NCBI GenBank assembly: GCA_000092065.1
Contig: CP000587.1
DNA: 64,000 bases
Source: Ostreococcus lucimarinus
Lineage: Eukaryota
Strand: one strand, 5' to 3'
Shown here: positions 19,908-31,055 of the stretch, one piece after another
How the letters are laid out: each line of letters begins with the position of its first letter
How positions within the stretch are numbered: position 1 is the first letter of the stretch
Program-made: the position numbers and the translations under genes
The notes under the pieces: generated by a model
Databases searched by the model: none
What the model saw: the letters and a program-made list of their open reading frames with translations, nothing else
What the model was told of the DNA's origin: nothing

Positions 19908-20843
19908 TTATTTACTCGATCCATCAAACGGCTTTCGCGCAATGATGGCCGAGGCGGCGCCGAACGGGAACAACGCCGAGATTTCCACCGCTTCGGCGCC
20001 GAGCGCCTCGAGTTCGTCTGCGACTTCTCTGGGCGTCCTCGCGCGCTCGATCGAAGTGCCCAGGTACGCGTACGCCTTCTTTTCGCCCGTCATCAACGCG
20101 CCGACGAGCGGCAGTACGAAGCGCAACCACAACCGCAACACCGCGCCGAAAATTCCCGTCGGCGGAAACGCATCTAAAATCAACAGCGTGCCGTTCGGCT
20201 TGCACACGCGGAACATCTCCCTCAACGTCTCCGGCACGTCGGAGAAATTTCTGAGCGTGTAGCACGTCGTCACGCAGTCAAACGACGCGTCCGCGAACCT
20301 CAACTTCCCCGCGTTCCCGACCTCGTACTTCGCCTCGCCCGGCGTCAACCGACGCGCTTCCTCGATCATATTTTTCGAGCAATCCACGCCGACGACGTCG
20401 AGCGCTAAATAATTCATCGCCTCGTACTCCAAAAACCGCGTGACGTTTCCCGTGCCGCACCCGACGTCGAGCACCGAGTCTCCTCTTCGAAACACCCTTC
20501 TCCCTCTCGCGAACGCCGGCGCGAACGTCGCGACGAGCCCCGCGGACAGCGCTTTCCTTCGCCATCGATCGACGAAGCCCAGCGCGAGGACCGCGTTCAC
20601 CGCGTCGTAGCGATGCGCGACGACGTCGAAGAGCTGCGAGACGAATTCGAGCTTCGCGTCGCCCGTGAGCGTCGTCCCGCGCTCCGCGGACGTCGCTCGA
20701 AACGTCGACATTGACTTCCACGCGCGCGTCGTCGCGACGCGCGGTCGAGCGCGCGCGCGACGCGACGCGACGCGACGCGCGACGCTGTGCCGATTTCGAT
20801 TTCGGAGTCGAGGGTTTGTCGCGCGCGCTTTATCCGTCGGCAC
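19908..20843 (-). CDS. MENG: UbiE/MenG-family methyltransferase (demethylphylloquinone/menaquinone methyltransferase-like), organelle-targeted
   Basis: VLDVGCGTGN is the SAM motif. FDCVTTCYTLRNFSDV...EMFRVCKPNGTLLILD...KKAYAYLGTSIE aligns to MenG/UbiE. The N-terminus is Arg-rich. Confidence 0.7.
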   Translation of the reverse strand: MPTDKARATNPRLRNRNRHSVARRVASRRARARPRVATTRAWKSMSTFRATSAERGTTLTGDAKLEFVSQLFDVVAHRYDAVNAVLALGFVDRWRRKALSAGLVATFAPAFARGRRVFRRGDSVLDVGCGTGNVTRFLEYEAMNYLALDVVGVDCSKNMIEEARRLTPGEAKYEVGNAGKLRFADASFDCVTTCYTLRNFSDVPETLREMFRVCKPNGTLLILDAFPPTGIFGAVLRLWLRFVLPLVGALMTGEKKAYAYLGTSIERARTPREVADELEALGAEAVEISALFPFGAASAIIARKPFDGSSK

Positions 20844-20914
20844 ACGCGCGCGCGCCGATCGCCCGCGCGCGCGGGCCGAGCGCTCGAGTCGCGACGCCGT
20901 CGAGCGCGCGAGCG

Positions 20915-22645
20915 ATGTCGACCGCGATGCGCGCGACGGCCGCGCCGACGCGCGGCGGCGCCGGAAGTCGGATTCGAGGACCGTCCCGAAGACGACGCAT
21001 CGAAACGCGAAGAACGCCGTCGCACCGCGCGCACGCGACGGTGTGCGCGTCGGCGTCCGCGACGGTGGCGCGAGAGACGCAACGCGCGGCGTTTGATCGC
21101 GCGCTGTCGCTCGGGAACAACGTCGTGCCGCTGTATCGAAGGATTTTTGACGATCAGCTGACGCCCATCCTGGCGTATCGACTGCTCGTCAAGGAGGACG
21201 AGCGCGAGGCGCCGAGCTTTTTGCTCGAGTCCGTCGTCGGTGGGACGCAGATTGGACGCTATTCGTTCCTCGGACGACGACCGGTGATGGAGGTGACGGC
21301 GAAGGATTACGAGGTGACGGTGACGCGACACGAGGGCGGGGGGGCGGCGAGCGAGACGACGACGGAGCGGGATCCGATGGAGGTGATGAAGCGAATCGGG
21401 GAGAGCTGGCGAGCGTGTAAGACGCCCGGGTTACCGGATTGCTTCGCGGGTGGATGGGTCGGGTTCACGGGGTACGACACGGTGAGATATCAGTATCAAA
21501 GCAAGCTCGGTTTCGAAGGCGCGCCGAAGGACGATAGGTCGCTGCCGGATATTCATCTCGGATTGTATAAGGATGTTGTGGTGTTCGATAACGCCACAAA
21601 ACAGCTCTATGCGGTACACTGGGTGATGGTTGACGAATACTCGAGCGCCGACGAGGCGTACACAACGGGTATGGACGCTTTGGACGCGATGATAGACGAC
21701 TTGCAGCCGTCCAAGTCCCCGCCGATGAAGCAAGGATACGTCAACTTGGAGCTAAATCAGCGACCGAGCGAACCAAAAGATAGCACGATGACCAAGGATG
21801 AGTTTTTGGGGGCGGTAGCGGCGACGAAGGAGCATATCAAAGCGGGTGACATCTTCCAACTCGTTCTCAGCCATAGATTTCAACGGAAGACGTCCGTGGA
21901 CCCGTTCGAAGTGTACCGAGCTTTGCGAGTCGTCAACCCGTCGCCGTACATGATTTATTACCAGGGTCGAGACTGCATCCTAGTCGCATCGAGCCCTGAA
22001 ATCTTGTGCCGCGTCGACAAGGCGCGCACGGTGGTGAACCGTCCGCTAGCGGGAACGCGCATGCGAGGGAAGACGCCTGAAGAAGACGAGGCGCTCGAGG
22101 TGGATCTCCTAGCGGATGAAAAGGAGCGCGCCGAGCACGTTATGCTCGTCGATCTTGGGCGAAATGACGTCGGTCGCGTATCCAAGGCTGGTACGGTCAA
22201 AGTCGAGAAGCTCATGGAAATTGAACGCTATTCTCACGTGATGCACATTTCCTCTACTGTGACGGGTAACTTAGTAGACGACCTCGGCCCGTGGGACGTG
22301 CTCCGTGCAGCGTTGCCCGCGGGCACAGTCAGCGGCGCGCCGAAGGTCCGCGCGATGCAGATTATCGACAACTTAGAGGTGACGCGTCGCGGTCCGTACG
22401 GTGGTGGCATCGGCTACGTAGGCTTCACCGGCGAGATGGACATGGCGCTCGCGTTGCGCACCATGGTCGTTCCGACTCGCCAGGCCAAAGAAACTAACGG
22501 TTCGCGCGAGTGGATGATTCACCTTCAAGCTGGCGCTGGGATCGTCGCGGATTCCAATCCAGAGAGTGAGTATCAAGAGACTGTCAACAAGGCGGCGGCG
22601 CTCGGTAGAGCCATCGACCTCGCGGAGAGCGCGTTTACGGATTGA
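20915..22645 (+). CDS. ASA: Anthranilate synthase component I (alpha subunit), plastidic
   Basis: LLESVVGGTQIGRYSF, GDIFQLVLSHRF, NPSPYMIYYQG, LAGTRMRG and GGGIGYVGFTGEMDMALALRT are TrpE signatures. The start is the internal ATG at 20915; the listed ORF overlaps the MenG gene. Confidence 0.85.
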   Translation: MSTAMRATAAPTRGGAGSRIRGPSRRRRIETRRTPSHRAHATVCASASATVARETQRAAFDRALSLGNNVVPLYRRIFDDQLTPILAYRLLVKEDEREAPSFLLESVVGGTQIGRYSFLGRRPVMEVTAKDYEVTVTRHEGGGAASETTTERDPMEVMKRIGESWRACKTPGLPDCFAGGWVGFTGYDTVRYQYQSKLGFEGAPKDDRSLPDIHLGLYKDVVVFDNATKQLYAVHWVMVDEYSSADEAYTTGMDALDAMIDDLQPSKSPPMKQGYVNLELNQRPSEPKDSTMTKDEFLGAVAATKEHIKAGDIFQLVLSHRFQRKTSVDPFEVYRALRVVNPSPYMIYYQGRDCILVASSPEILCRVDKARTVVNRPLAGTRMRGKTPEEDEALEVDLLADEKERAEHVMLVDLGRNDVGRVSKAGTVKVEKLMEIERYSHVMHISSTVTGNLVDDLGPWDVLRAALPAGTVSGAPKVRAMQIIDNLEVTRRGPYGGGIGYVGFTGEMDMALALRTMVVPTRQAKETNGSREWMIHLQAGAGIVADSNPESEYQETVNKAAALGRAIDLAESAFTD

Positions 22646-22755
22646 GATTAATTATCACGCGTCGAGATTTTAATAAGCATGGATTGTTGATTCGTCTAAC
22701 GATGTATTCAAAACTGGTGTCACATACGACGTTCCCGACTGTATCCAGTGTCACA

Positions 22756-24317
22756 TTACGTCTTTTGTTTTTTGTTCCCCATGGGTCGGCCTTTTGCAAA
22801 GTACCCGCTCGCATTTTTCGCCGGCTTTTTCTTACCCCGCTTTCCTTTGCGTTTCTTTTTCGCAGAAGCCGCTTCGCCTTCTTCTTCCGACGAGTCTTCG
22901 TCATCTTCGACATCATCAAGTACGTCGACGGAAACGTCGTTATAATCGTCGAGGTTGATCGCGTCGTCCGCATCCGCACGCGCTCGTTTCTTGCCGCGCG
23001 CTTCGATTATTTGCTTCTGGTCGCGCGCCGCGCGCTTGCGACCGCTCACGACGTGTTTGGGAAAGTCCAACGCAACGCCCCGGATCGCGCCCGGCTCTTT
23101 CGGAGGTTCGCGCGTCTTGCACCAAGAAGGATCCATTTGGACGATGCGGCGAAGTAAAAATCCGTTCCTGCTATCAACGGGCGCCGTGATGACGGTGAAC
23201 GCGTGCTCAAACGCGCTCTTCACCTGCCTGCACGCGTACGAGTTCCTACCGAGATCATTCGTTTCGTCTTGTGGGTCTTCGATCGCCCACAAGAACGGCC
23301 GAGAGTCTTCGTACATGCCCTTGTCGCGTTTCTTAAAAAAGCCTGGACCTTTGCCTCCGCATGAGATCCCAACCTCTTCCGCGACGAGCCTGCGACCGAA
23401 GAGCTCAAAAAAGTCGATGAGGAGCGTTCCTAGGCAGCCTTCGCTAGCATCGCTCGCGCCGTGCGACCCCGCCCACGTCGATTTACACGTCGTGTTGTGC
23501 AACTGCAAATGAGCCATCACCATGCAAAGCAGCGCGTAAGAGCCGATGCCACCGGAATACACCTCGTTGAGCCCGCGTTGATGAAGAAACGCCTTCAACA
23601 CCGTGGTGAGCGGACGCAACGCGGGAAACCTTCGCATGTTTTCTCGAACGATCTCCGCGCTCGCCGGCCCGTTCGCGACGTCGAAACTAATGTCAAACTG
23701 ATGTCCGCTTTCCACTTCTTCGAATTTCACGATGGGCACGCGCGCCTTGGCTATGAGTTGTATCTTGATCGCCATGCCGCGTCGCGCCAAGGCGACGGCG
23801 AGCGCCTTCAAACACAGACCCGCATTTTTTGCACCACTGTCCAAGATCACGGCATCGATGTCCGAGCTCGGCAAGTACATGCCGGTCGCAAACGAACCGT
23901 GAACTTCGAATCGAGCGTCGGGCCAGATCCCGTTCACCACCGCTCGCACGCGTTCGACGGCGGCGGCGCGCGACGTCGCTTCCTCCTCGGTGGGCTCTAA
24001 ATACCTACTGAAATCCACGATTTCGGTGTGCAGCCTGATCAGAGGCGACTGTAAATTCCTCAAACGTTTCACCGTTCCCGGCGGGCACCATCGCGGATTC
24101 TCGTTCGGATCGAAGTACTCCTCCTCGGCTTCCTCCTCCTCCACCGCGAGCGCCTTGACCGCCGTCGCGCTCGCGCTTCCCGGTTCGTTCCGTATCGGCG
24201 CCGCGTCCAGGTACGAAAAGTCGATGACATCCTCACCCAGTCCACCTCGCGTCACCGGCAACGCGCGCACCGCGGCTTTATCGCCACCGATCCGCGACTG
24301 AACGTTCGCGTCTTCGT

Positions 24318-24348
<31 letters not shown>

Positions 24349-24426
24349 GACCACCGCCGTCCCGAGCCCGAGTCCTCCGAGCGCGCGCTCGTACCTCGGC
24401 GCCTCGATCTCTCCCGCCTCCGTCAT
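22756..24426 (-). CDS. Non-canonical poly(A) polymerase of the Trf4/PAPD5 (Cid1) family
   Basis: Nucleotidyltransferase motif HGSFATGMYLPSSDIDAVI. The central region is PAP-associated-like. The C-tail is Lys-rich and the protein carries a poly-Thr stretch. Confidence 0.8.
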
Positions 24427-24933
24427 CGCGCGCTACCCCTCGCGCGCGTCGTTCGTCTCGTCGTTCGTCTCGTCGTTCGCGTCGCCCTCGCGCGCGCGTT
24501 CGTCCTCGTCCTCGTCCCTCGTCGCCGTCCCCTCGCGCGCCTCTCGTCGTCGTCGCCACGCCTCCCACGCGCGTCGCGCCGCGCTCCACGCCAGCGACGC
24601 CGCGAGCAGCGCGTTCCCGACGTTGCGCGCGCGCGCGTCGTTCTCCGCGCGTTTCCTCTCCTCGACGAATTCCTCCACGTCGTCCAGCGTCACGCGCTGT
24701 TCGCGCGGCGCCGTCGCGAGCGACGCCGTCTCCGTCGACGCCGTCGCCGCGGCGCGCTTCGACAGCGTGAACGCGCCGTCGCTCGTCGATCGCCGCGCGA
24801 ACATTCGCGTCCAACGCGTCGCGATGTGCCGACGCATTCGGCGGCGCATTCGTCGACGCGCGTCGTCGCGCGCGTCGTCACCGCGCGCGTCCGCGACGGC
24901 GACGCGTCTTCGCGCGGCTCGCGCGCCGCGCGC

Positions 24934-25800
24934 ATGGCGTCGACGCGCGACGAACGCGACGCGCGCGCGACGAATGCGACGCCGACGATTCGCGCGCTCG
25001 ACGGACGCGCGTTCGTGCACGACGCCGCGGACGTCGTCGAGCTGCGCGAGCGACGGCGGGTGATCGGCGCCATGGTGGGCGCGCTCCCGGGGTTTCGCTC
25101 GCAGGACGTCGCGCGCGGGCTGCCGCTGGAGCTCACGGCGGAGGAGACGGCGCTGTGCGTCGAGCGCGGGTGGGCGCGGTTGACCGAAGAGCGGGACGGC
25201 GACGACGCGGGGGCGACGGGAAGGGAGAGAGCGACGGAGGGAGACGACGCGACGCGGGATGACGCGGTGAAGCGGGCGAAAGCGAGGGCGAAGGCGAAGA
25301 GGGACGGTCGAGGATGGGGCGGGGGGGGCGCGAAGCGGGCGAAGAGCGCGCCGGCGACGAACGTCTCGGGATGGGAAAAAGTCGTCGCGGGGGAGTCGTC
25401 GTTCGTGTCGGTGCCGCTGACGAACGATGGGGACGGCGAGGAGGAGGACGCGCGGTGGAGCTTTCCGTCGACGCGCGAAGAGCGCGAGCGATACGCGGTG
25501 TTTAAAGATTTGCACGATAAATCGTTTTACATGACATCCGGCGCCAAGTTTGGGAGCGACTTTCTGGCGTATCCGGGGGATCCGATCCTGTTTCACGCGC
25601 ACTACACCGTGCGAATAGTTTCGTGGGACGCGGTGATACACCCGTTGGTCATCGCCGCGACGACGCGGATGTCGAACGCGGCGAGGAAGAACTTCGTCGT
25701 CGCCGCGGTTCGCGCGACGGATGCAAACGGCGAAAACTTTGAGGTTCGCTACTTCACCATGGAGGCCGACGTGGACTTGTCTTCGAATCGGGGATACTAG
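24934..25800 (+). CDS. TSEN34: tRNA-splicing endonuclease subunit Sen34-like
   Basis: The C-terminal catalytic block GAKFGSDFLAYPGDPILFHAHYTV matches the Sen34 motif (GGDFLVYPGDP..FHAHY). The start Met is uncertain (24826 or 24934). Confidence 0.6.
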   Translation: MASTRDERDARATNATPTIRALDGRAFVHDAADVVELRERRRVIGAMVGALPGFRSQDVARGLPLELTAEETALCVERGWARLTEERDGDDAGATGRERATEGDDATRDDAVKRAKARAKAKRDGRGWGGGGAKRAKSAPATNVSGWEKVVAGESSFVSVPLTNDGDGEEEDARWSFPSTREERERYAVFKDLHDKSFYMTSGAKFGSDFLAYPGDPILFHAHYTVRIVSWDAVIHPLVIAATTRMSNAARKNFVVAAVRATDANGENFEVRYFTMEADVDLSSNRGY

Positions 25801-25822
25801 ATAATTACAGAGTTGTAGAACA

Positions 25823-26347
25823 CTACTTAGTCGCTAATTCGGCCTCGAGATCCGCGATCGCGCCTTCGATCGCCGCGCATTTCCGCGTCGTCGCGTACCA
25901 CTCGCGCTCGAGCGCGGAAATTTCCTTCGCCGCGCTCTCTTGCTGCAACTTCCGCATCACGTTCAGCTCGTTCACCTCCGTGCGTACGCGCGCCAGCTCC
26001 TCCTCGTACGCCTTCACCGCCGCGTCTCCCCACGCGTTCCTCGCCCGCCACGCCGCCGGCGCGTACTTCAGCGCCAGCTCCAAATTCGCGCGTCTCGTCG
26101 CCTGATGTTCCAACTGCGCGCGCGCGTTTTCGATCGCCTTCTCCCACGCCTCCGCGCTCTCGCGCTCGCTCCGCGGCGGCGGATCGAGCCTGTACCGCAT
26201 CGTGTCCGGAATCACCATCGATCTCCCGCTCGCGACGCGCGCGAGTTCATCCGCGACCATCCTTCCCGCGCGTCGCTCCAGCCCGTCGTCGCCGCTCGGC
26301 GCCAGCGCGTCGAGGCGATCCCTCCCCCTGCTCTTCATCCGTCGCAT
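25823..26347 (-). CDS. BCAS2: Pre-mRNA splicing factor SPF27/BCAS2 homolog
   Basis: DALAPSGDD...AWEKAIENARAQLEHQATRRANLELALKYAPAAW aligns with BCAS2 (DALPY...QLEHQ..R..NLEL). Only the C-terminal 174 codons of the listed 522-aa ORF are taken as real; the rest is GC artefact. Confidence 0.6.
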   Translation of the reverse strand: MRRMKSRGRDRLDALAPSGDDGLERRAGRMVADELARVASGRSMVIPDTMRYRLDPPPRSERESAEAWEKAIENARAQLEHQATRRANLELALKYAPAAWRARNAWGDAAVKAYEEELARVRTEVNELNVMRKLQQESAAKEISALEREWYATTRKCAAIEGAIADLEAELATK

Positions 26348-26645
26348 CTGCGCCCGCGTTCGCGCCGTCAGTCCCTCGATCGCGCGGCGTTCGCATCGCG
26401 TCGCCGCGCACCTCCTCGGCGACGGCTTGGTCGACGCGCGCGCGCCAGTCTCCTCCCGGCGTCGCGTCGACGTACGGCAGCGCGTCCGCGGCCGCGCCCG
26501 ATGCCGTCCACTCGCGCCGCGCGACGCCCTCGAGCGCCGACGCCGGGAGCGCCGGGACGTCGCGCGCGTCGTCGCGCGGCATCGTCGCGGCGCGGCGCGT
26601 CGAGCGGGCGCGCGCGCGTCGGTCGGCGCCACTCGGCGGCGCGGA

Positions 26646-28877
26646 ATGGCGACCGCGGTCGGCGGCGCGCGCGACGCCCTCGCGCGCGCGCTGCGCGAGC
26701 TCGCGAGCGTCGCGCTGGACGAGGACGAGATCGAGTACGTCCTCGACGGCGCGATCGACGTCGACGGGACGTGCGCGCCGAGGGAGGAGTTCGTCGAGTT
26801 CGTCTGGCCCGTCATCGCGCCGTGGGTCGACGACGACGAAGCGCGCGCGCGGACGCTCGCGGGAGACGCGCGCGACGGCGTCGACGCGGCGGAGACGACG
26901 ACGGTGGAAGAAACGCGGCGCGTCGACCGCGCGCCGGTGTGCCTGGGCGAGGGCTGGCGCGAGGGCGTCGAGCGGGAGGACGCGGCGCGAAGGGCGACGG
27001 CGGCGGCGGCGGGCGTCGCGAAAATGTTCGTCGGGAAGGATGGACGCGGCGACGCGGTCGAGTCGAGGGTGGGGATGCGGGACCGGGAGAAAGCGAGGCG
27101 GGCGGGCGAGCGCTTGGCGGCGAGCGCGGCGGATGAACGGCGCGAGATGGTGGCGAATTTGACGGCGGCGCGGGAACGCGCGGCGCGGGCGCGCGTCGAG
27201 GGACGCGCCAGGGCGTTGTCGAACGTCGAGCTCGGGCCTTTCGCGGTGCCGAATCCGGGAGGGGGGGCGGATTTGATCGAAGACGCGAGCGTGACGCTGG
27301 TGCCGGGAAGACGATACGGCCTGATCGGGCGAAACGGTAAGGGAAAGTCGACGCTGTTGAAATTCCTCGCCGCGCGAAGAGTCGAAGGCATCGACGAGTC
27401 GTACAGCGTGCACTACGTCACGCAAGAGGTCGAGCTGACCGCGGAAGAAGAAGATATGCTCCCCGGAGACGTGGTTTTGCGCGCAGACCTGCAGCGGTGG
27501 TTGCTTCTGGAGGAGCAGATGAAATTAGAATCGAGCGAAGACGCGCTCGCGGTGGCGCGTTTGCAAGAGGTCAACGGCATGCTCGACGCCATCGGGTCGG
27601 CGAGCGCTCCCGCGCGCGTCAGTGTGCTGCTGAAAAATCTCGGGTTTTCCGACGCTCTCATCGCGAGGCCGATGAAAGCGCTCAGCGGGGGATGGCGAGT
27701 GCGCACGGCGCTCGCGGCGGCTTTGTTCGCGCAGCCTGACATTCTGTTTCTCGACGAACCGACAAACCATTTGTCGATTTCGGCGGTGATGTTTTTGAGT
27801 CGCGAGTTGTCGACAAATTCCGTGTGGTCGTCCCGAATCATCGTCACCGTTTCGCACGACCGTCACTTTCTTGATGAGGTCACGACGGACTCCATGCACA
27901 TTTCTGGCGCCGCGAAACGGCTTTCATCGCATCGCATGCCGTACAGCGCGTGGGCCAAGAAAAGACGCGAACAGCAGCTCGCGTTGAAGCGACGCGTAGA
28001 ACAGAGGCAAGAAAAAATAGATAAGCTGAAAGAGTTCGCCGGACACGGGTTCAGATACGGCGGAAGCTCGTCGGCGATTAACATGATGAAGAAGAAAGAG
28101 CTCGAGGCGAAGAAGCTCGAGCTCGAGGCGGGAGACGAGGCGAGCCTGATGGCGGATCTCGAGGAAGACGCCGAGCTCGCGCTCAATCTTCAAGCGGGTG
28201 GAGAGCTTCGTCAAAATATCGTTCGCTTCGACGGCGTATCTTTCGCGTACCCGGGTGGCGACGAGCTCTTCGCCGACGTCGACTTGAGCGTGGATTCAAA
28301 GTCACGCGTCGTCTTACTTGGGGAAAACGGCCAAGGGAAGACGACGATGGTAAAAATCATCACGGGCGAGTTGGAGCCCACGAGCGGGTTGGTGACGCGC
28401 GATCGCGGCGCGCGCGTGTGCTTGGTGAACCAGCACCACGCTGAGCAGCTCGCGTACGATAAAACGCCGCTGGCTTTCATGCTCGACGCTTTTCCGGGAG
28501 ATGGCAGTTACAACCACGAACAAAAGCTTCGAAGTCATCTCAGTGGATGCGGCGTTCTCACCGAGTTGCAAAACGTCCCGGCGCTCGCGCTCTCCGGCGG
28601 GCAAAAGTCGCGAGTCGCCATGGCGGCTGTGTCGTTTCAGGCGCCACACTTGATCATCCTCGACGAGCCGACGAACAATTTAGATCTCGAGTCGTGCGAA
28701 GCTTTGGCGGAAGCTATCGAAAATTTCAAAGGAGGCGTCGTGTTGGTGAGTCATGATCAATACTTTGTCGAGCGCGTCGCGAAAGAAGTCGTCGTCATCG
28801 AAAACGGCGCCGTCAAGCGTCTCGAGTCGTTCGCGAGTTACAAAAAGTCAATCGCGAAGAAACTCGCGAACGCGTAG
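26646..28877 (+). CDS. ABC-F family ATPase (two nucleotide-binding domains, no transmembrane domain; GCN20/ABCF-like)
   Basis: Two Walker A motifs (GRNGKGKST and GENGQGKTT) and two LSGG signatures. The start is the internal ATG at 26646, because the ORF upstream overlaps SPF27. Confidence 0.85.
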   Translation: MATAVGGARDALARALRELASVALDEDEIEYVLDGAIDVDGTCAPREEFVEFVWPVIAPWVDDDEARARTLAGDARDGVDAAETTTVEETRRVDRAPVCLGEGWREGVEREDAARRATAAAAGVAKMFVGKDGRGDAVESRVGMRDREKARRAGERLAASAADERREMVANLTAARERAARARVEGRARALSNVELGPFAVPNPGGGADLIEDASVTLVPGRRYGLIGRNGKGKSTLLKFLAARRVEGIDESYSVHYVTQEVELTAEEEDMLPGDVVLRADLQRWLLLEEQMKLESSEDALAVARLQEVNGMLDAIGSASAPARVSVLLKNLGFSDALIARPMKALSGGWRVRTALAAALFAQPDILFLDEPTNHLSISAVMFLSRELSTNSVWSSRIIVTVSHDRHFLDEVTTDSMHISGAAKRLSSHRMPYSAWAKKRREQQLALKRRVEQRQEKIDKLKEFAGHGFRYGGSSSAINMMKKKELEAKKLELEAGDEASLMADLEEDAELALNLQAGGELRQNIVRFDGVSFAYPGGDELFADVDLSVDSKSRVVLLGENGQGKTTMVKIITGELEPTSGLVTRDRGARVCLVNQHHAEQLAYDKTPLAFMLDAFPGDGSYNHEQKLRSHLSGCGVLTELQNVPALALSGGQKSRVAMAAVSFQAPHLIILDEPTNNLDLESCEALAEAIENFKGGVVLVSHDQYFVERVAKEVVVIENGAVKRLESFASYKKSIAKKLANA

Positions 28878-29018
28878 CGGTCGATAGCGAATAGGTTGTT
28901 AGAAGCAGTATAGATGTCGTGGGGTGGTATTGAATTGCGTTTAGATTAGAAACAGGCGGCGTGCACGCGGCGGCGTCTCCTAAAACTACGTATCCTGTCG
29001 TCGAGATTTCGTCGGCGT

Positions 29019-29633
29019 TTACCACTCGAAATCCGCCGCGGGGTTGTCGCCAGAGTCGGAGTCGGAGTCATCCAAGAACAAGCCCTTGTCGCGCAAGTAG
29101 TTGATGGCCGCCGTCAAAGCATTGTCCTTGAACTTCAAGTAGTACTTGCCGTTGTCGGTGTCTTCGGAGATGCTCGCCGTCGCCCACGTCGCCGTGGAAC
29201 TTTCCGCCGGCGCGCCACCGACGCCACCACCGAGATCGGTATCGCACACCGCCTTCATCCATTCAGTGGCGTTCAACTTGTCCTTCAACGGTTCCGCGAC
29301 GTACGCGACCATGGCGATCTTATTCGTCTGGTCGTTGTGTCCGATGATGAGCTTCGAGATGTGCCCCGAGCAGCCCTTACGCTCTTCCTCGTTCGCCGGA
29401 TCCGGAATCGCGTTCATCCCCTCCATGGAGACTTCAAGCAATTCGACCGAATCACCGGCTTCGGTCATTCGCGTGCAAAAGCACGTGAGCCCGGACATGT
29501 CCGCCGCGCCCTCGATCTCCACGCCCTTCTTCCCGCCCTCCTTCAAGCACTTCGCGATCTTCTTCTCCGCGATTCCCGCCGCCTTCGCGGCGTCGCACTT
29601 CGGCCATTCCTGCGTCCGCGATCGATCCATCAC
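29019..29633 (-). CDS. Hypothetical acidic-tailed protein (204 aa)
   Basis: Clean ORF with K/E/D-rich, non-GC-artefact composition. It ends in the acidic tail DDSDSDSGDNPAADFEW. Family not recognised. Confidence 0.5.
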   Translation of the reverse strand: MMDRSRTQEWPKCDAAKAAGIAEKKIAKCLKEGGKKGVEIEGAADMSGLTCFCTRMTEAGDSVELLEVSMEGMNAIPDPANEEERKGCSGHISKLIIGHNDQTNKIAMVAYVAEPLKDKLNATEWMKAVCDTDLGGGVGGAPAESSTATWATASISEDTDNGKYYLKFKDNALTAAINYLRDKGLFLDDSDSDSGDNPAADFEW

Positions 29634-30515
29634 CGATCGTCAGTCCTCCGTCGTCGCTCGTCGCGCCTCTCGTCGCGCCGATCCGCGATCGCGCCGATCG
29701 CCGCGGCATCCTTCCGCTAGGTCGTCCGTCATCATTAATCATCTCGCGTTCGCTCGCGTCTCCCGTCGCGTCGTCGTCCCTCGCGCGTCGCCGACGATCG
29801 TCGATTTGGTTTCGCGCGTCGTCGCGTCGCGTCGTCGCGCACCGTGGTGAAAGACATCGTCGTCGTCGTCGAGTTCTGGCGCGATCGGTCGAGCCGCCGC
29901 CGCCGCGCGCGCGCGCGAAACCCTAACGTCGCGATCGGATTTATGCGATGCGCGCCATTTAGTTCTAAATGGACGTTGTATACGGAGACGCCAGAACGCG
30001 ACGCGCGATGGGCGCGCGCGACGCCGACGCGGCGTGCGCGCTGCGCGACGACGAGGGTGCGCGCGCGCGTCGAGCGCGCGTCGCGCGCGGCGCGATGATT
30101 CGACGCGTGGGACCGCGCGCCGGTGCATCGAAGACGACGATGACGACCACGACGATGATGAACGACTTTTTGCTGGACGACGACGCGAGGACGACGCGAC
30201 GACGACGCGAGGACTGACGACTCGACGACGATCGCGACGCGCAGTGTCGAACGCGCTGTTCGAGCTCACCGCCCTGGCCGGGCTGGACGTGCGACGGGAG
30301 GTGCACGACGCGGTGCTGGAGCTGTCGCGCGCGCGCGTGGTGCCGACGGCGACGGCGCAGGTGCTTCGCTCGCTCGCGAGCAAGGCGGCGGACGCGCGCG
30401 CGGCTGGACTCGAGGACGCGTTGCGCGCGCCCGCGCGCGAGTAGGCGCGACGCCGTGGTGGCGTGAGTGTGTTTGTATTCGTAACGCGCGCGTCACAGCG
30501 CGCCTCGAGCTCGAC

Positions 30516-31055
30516 ATGATCGGTCTGAAGACGTCGCCCCTCGCCGCGCCGGTCGTCGTTCGTCGACGACGCGCGCGCGCGATCGCGCGCGCGGGGCCGT
30601 TTGACTTTCTTCGAAACAACAAAGACGTCGGCGGTCGCGACACGACGTGGGAGGCGCAACAAGAGATTCTGAAGAAGCGTCGGTCGGGCGCCAATCTCGG
30701 AAAGGAAGTCGCCGCGAGACGCGCCAAGGTGTCGAGATTCGTCAATAAAAAGCTCCCGGCGGCGGAACAGAAGGCGATCGAGGCGAAGAATCGAGCGAAG
30801 GCGAACGCGCTGTCGAAGGAGGCCGTCACGGGTGGGATTCCGTTGCCGATGATATCTTTGGGAATGCCAGAGTTCGACGGCGGCGAGCGATTCGATTTGA
30901 GAGGAAAGTACGTGGACGAGGGATGGGTGGACCCGGAAGACGCGAAGGCCGCGGCGGGCGATTGGTTGTTCGGTGGAGCGTTCAAGAAGAAGGCGTCTTC
31001 GGCCCAGAAGAAGCCGGCGGCGACGCCGAAGAAGAAGGGATGGTTTGGCAAGTAA
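30516..31055 (+). CDS. Hypothetical small Lys-rich protein with a transit-peptide-like N-terminus
   Basis: 179-aa ORF. The N-terminus MIGLKTSPLAAPVVVRRRRARAIARA is transit-peptide-like. The body is K/A-rich and ends KKKGWFGK. Confidence 0.45.
   Translation: MIGLKTSPLAAPVVVRRRRARAIARAGPFDFLRNNKDVGGRDTTWEAQQEILKKRRSGANLGKEVAARRAKVSRFVNKKLPAAEQKAIEAKNRAKANALSKEAVTGGIPLPMISLGMPEFDGGERFDLRGKYVDEGWVDPEDAKAAAGDWLFGGAFKKKASSAQKKPAATPKKKGWFGK

Noticed and set aside
25823-27425. 522-aa minus ORF and the 398-aa and 392-aa ORFs overlapping it
   Set aside because: Only the C-terminal 174 codons align to a known protein (SPF27). The remainder is low-complexity R/A/S/P sequence overlapping the ABCF gene start region on the other strand.
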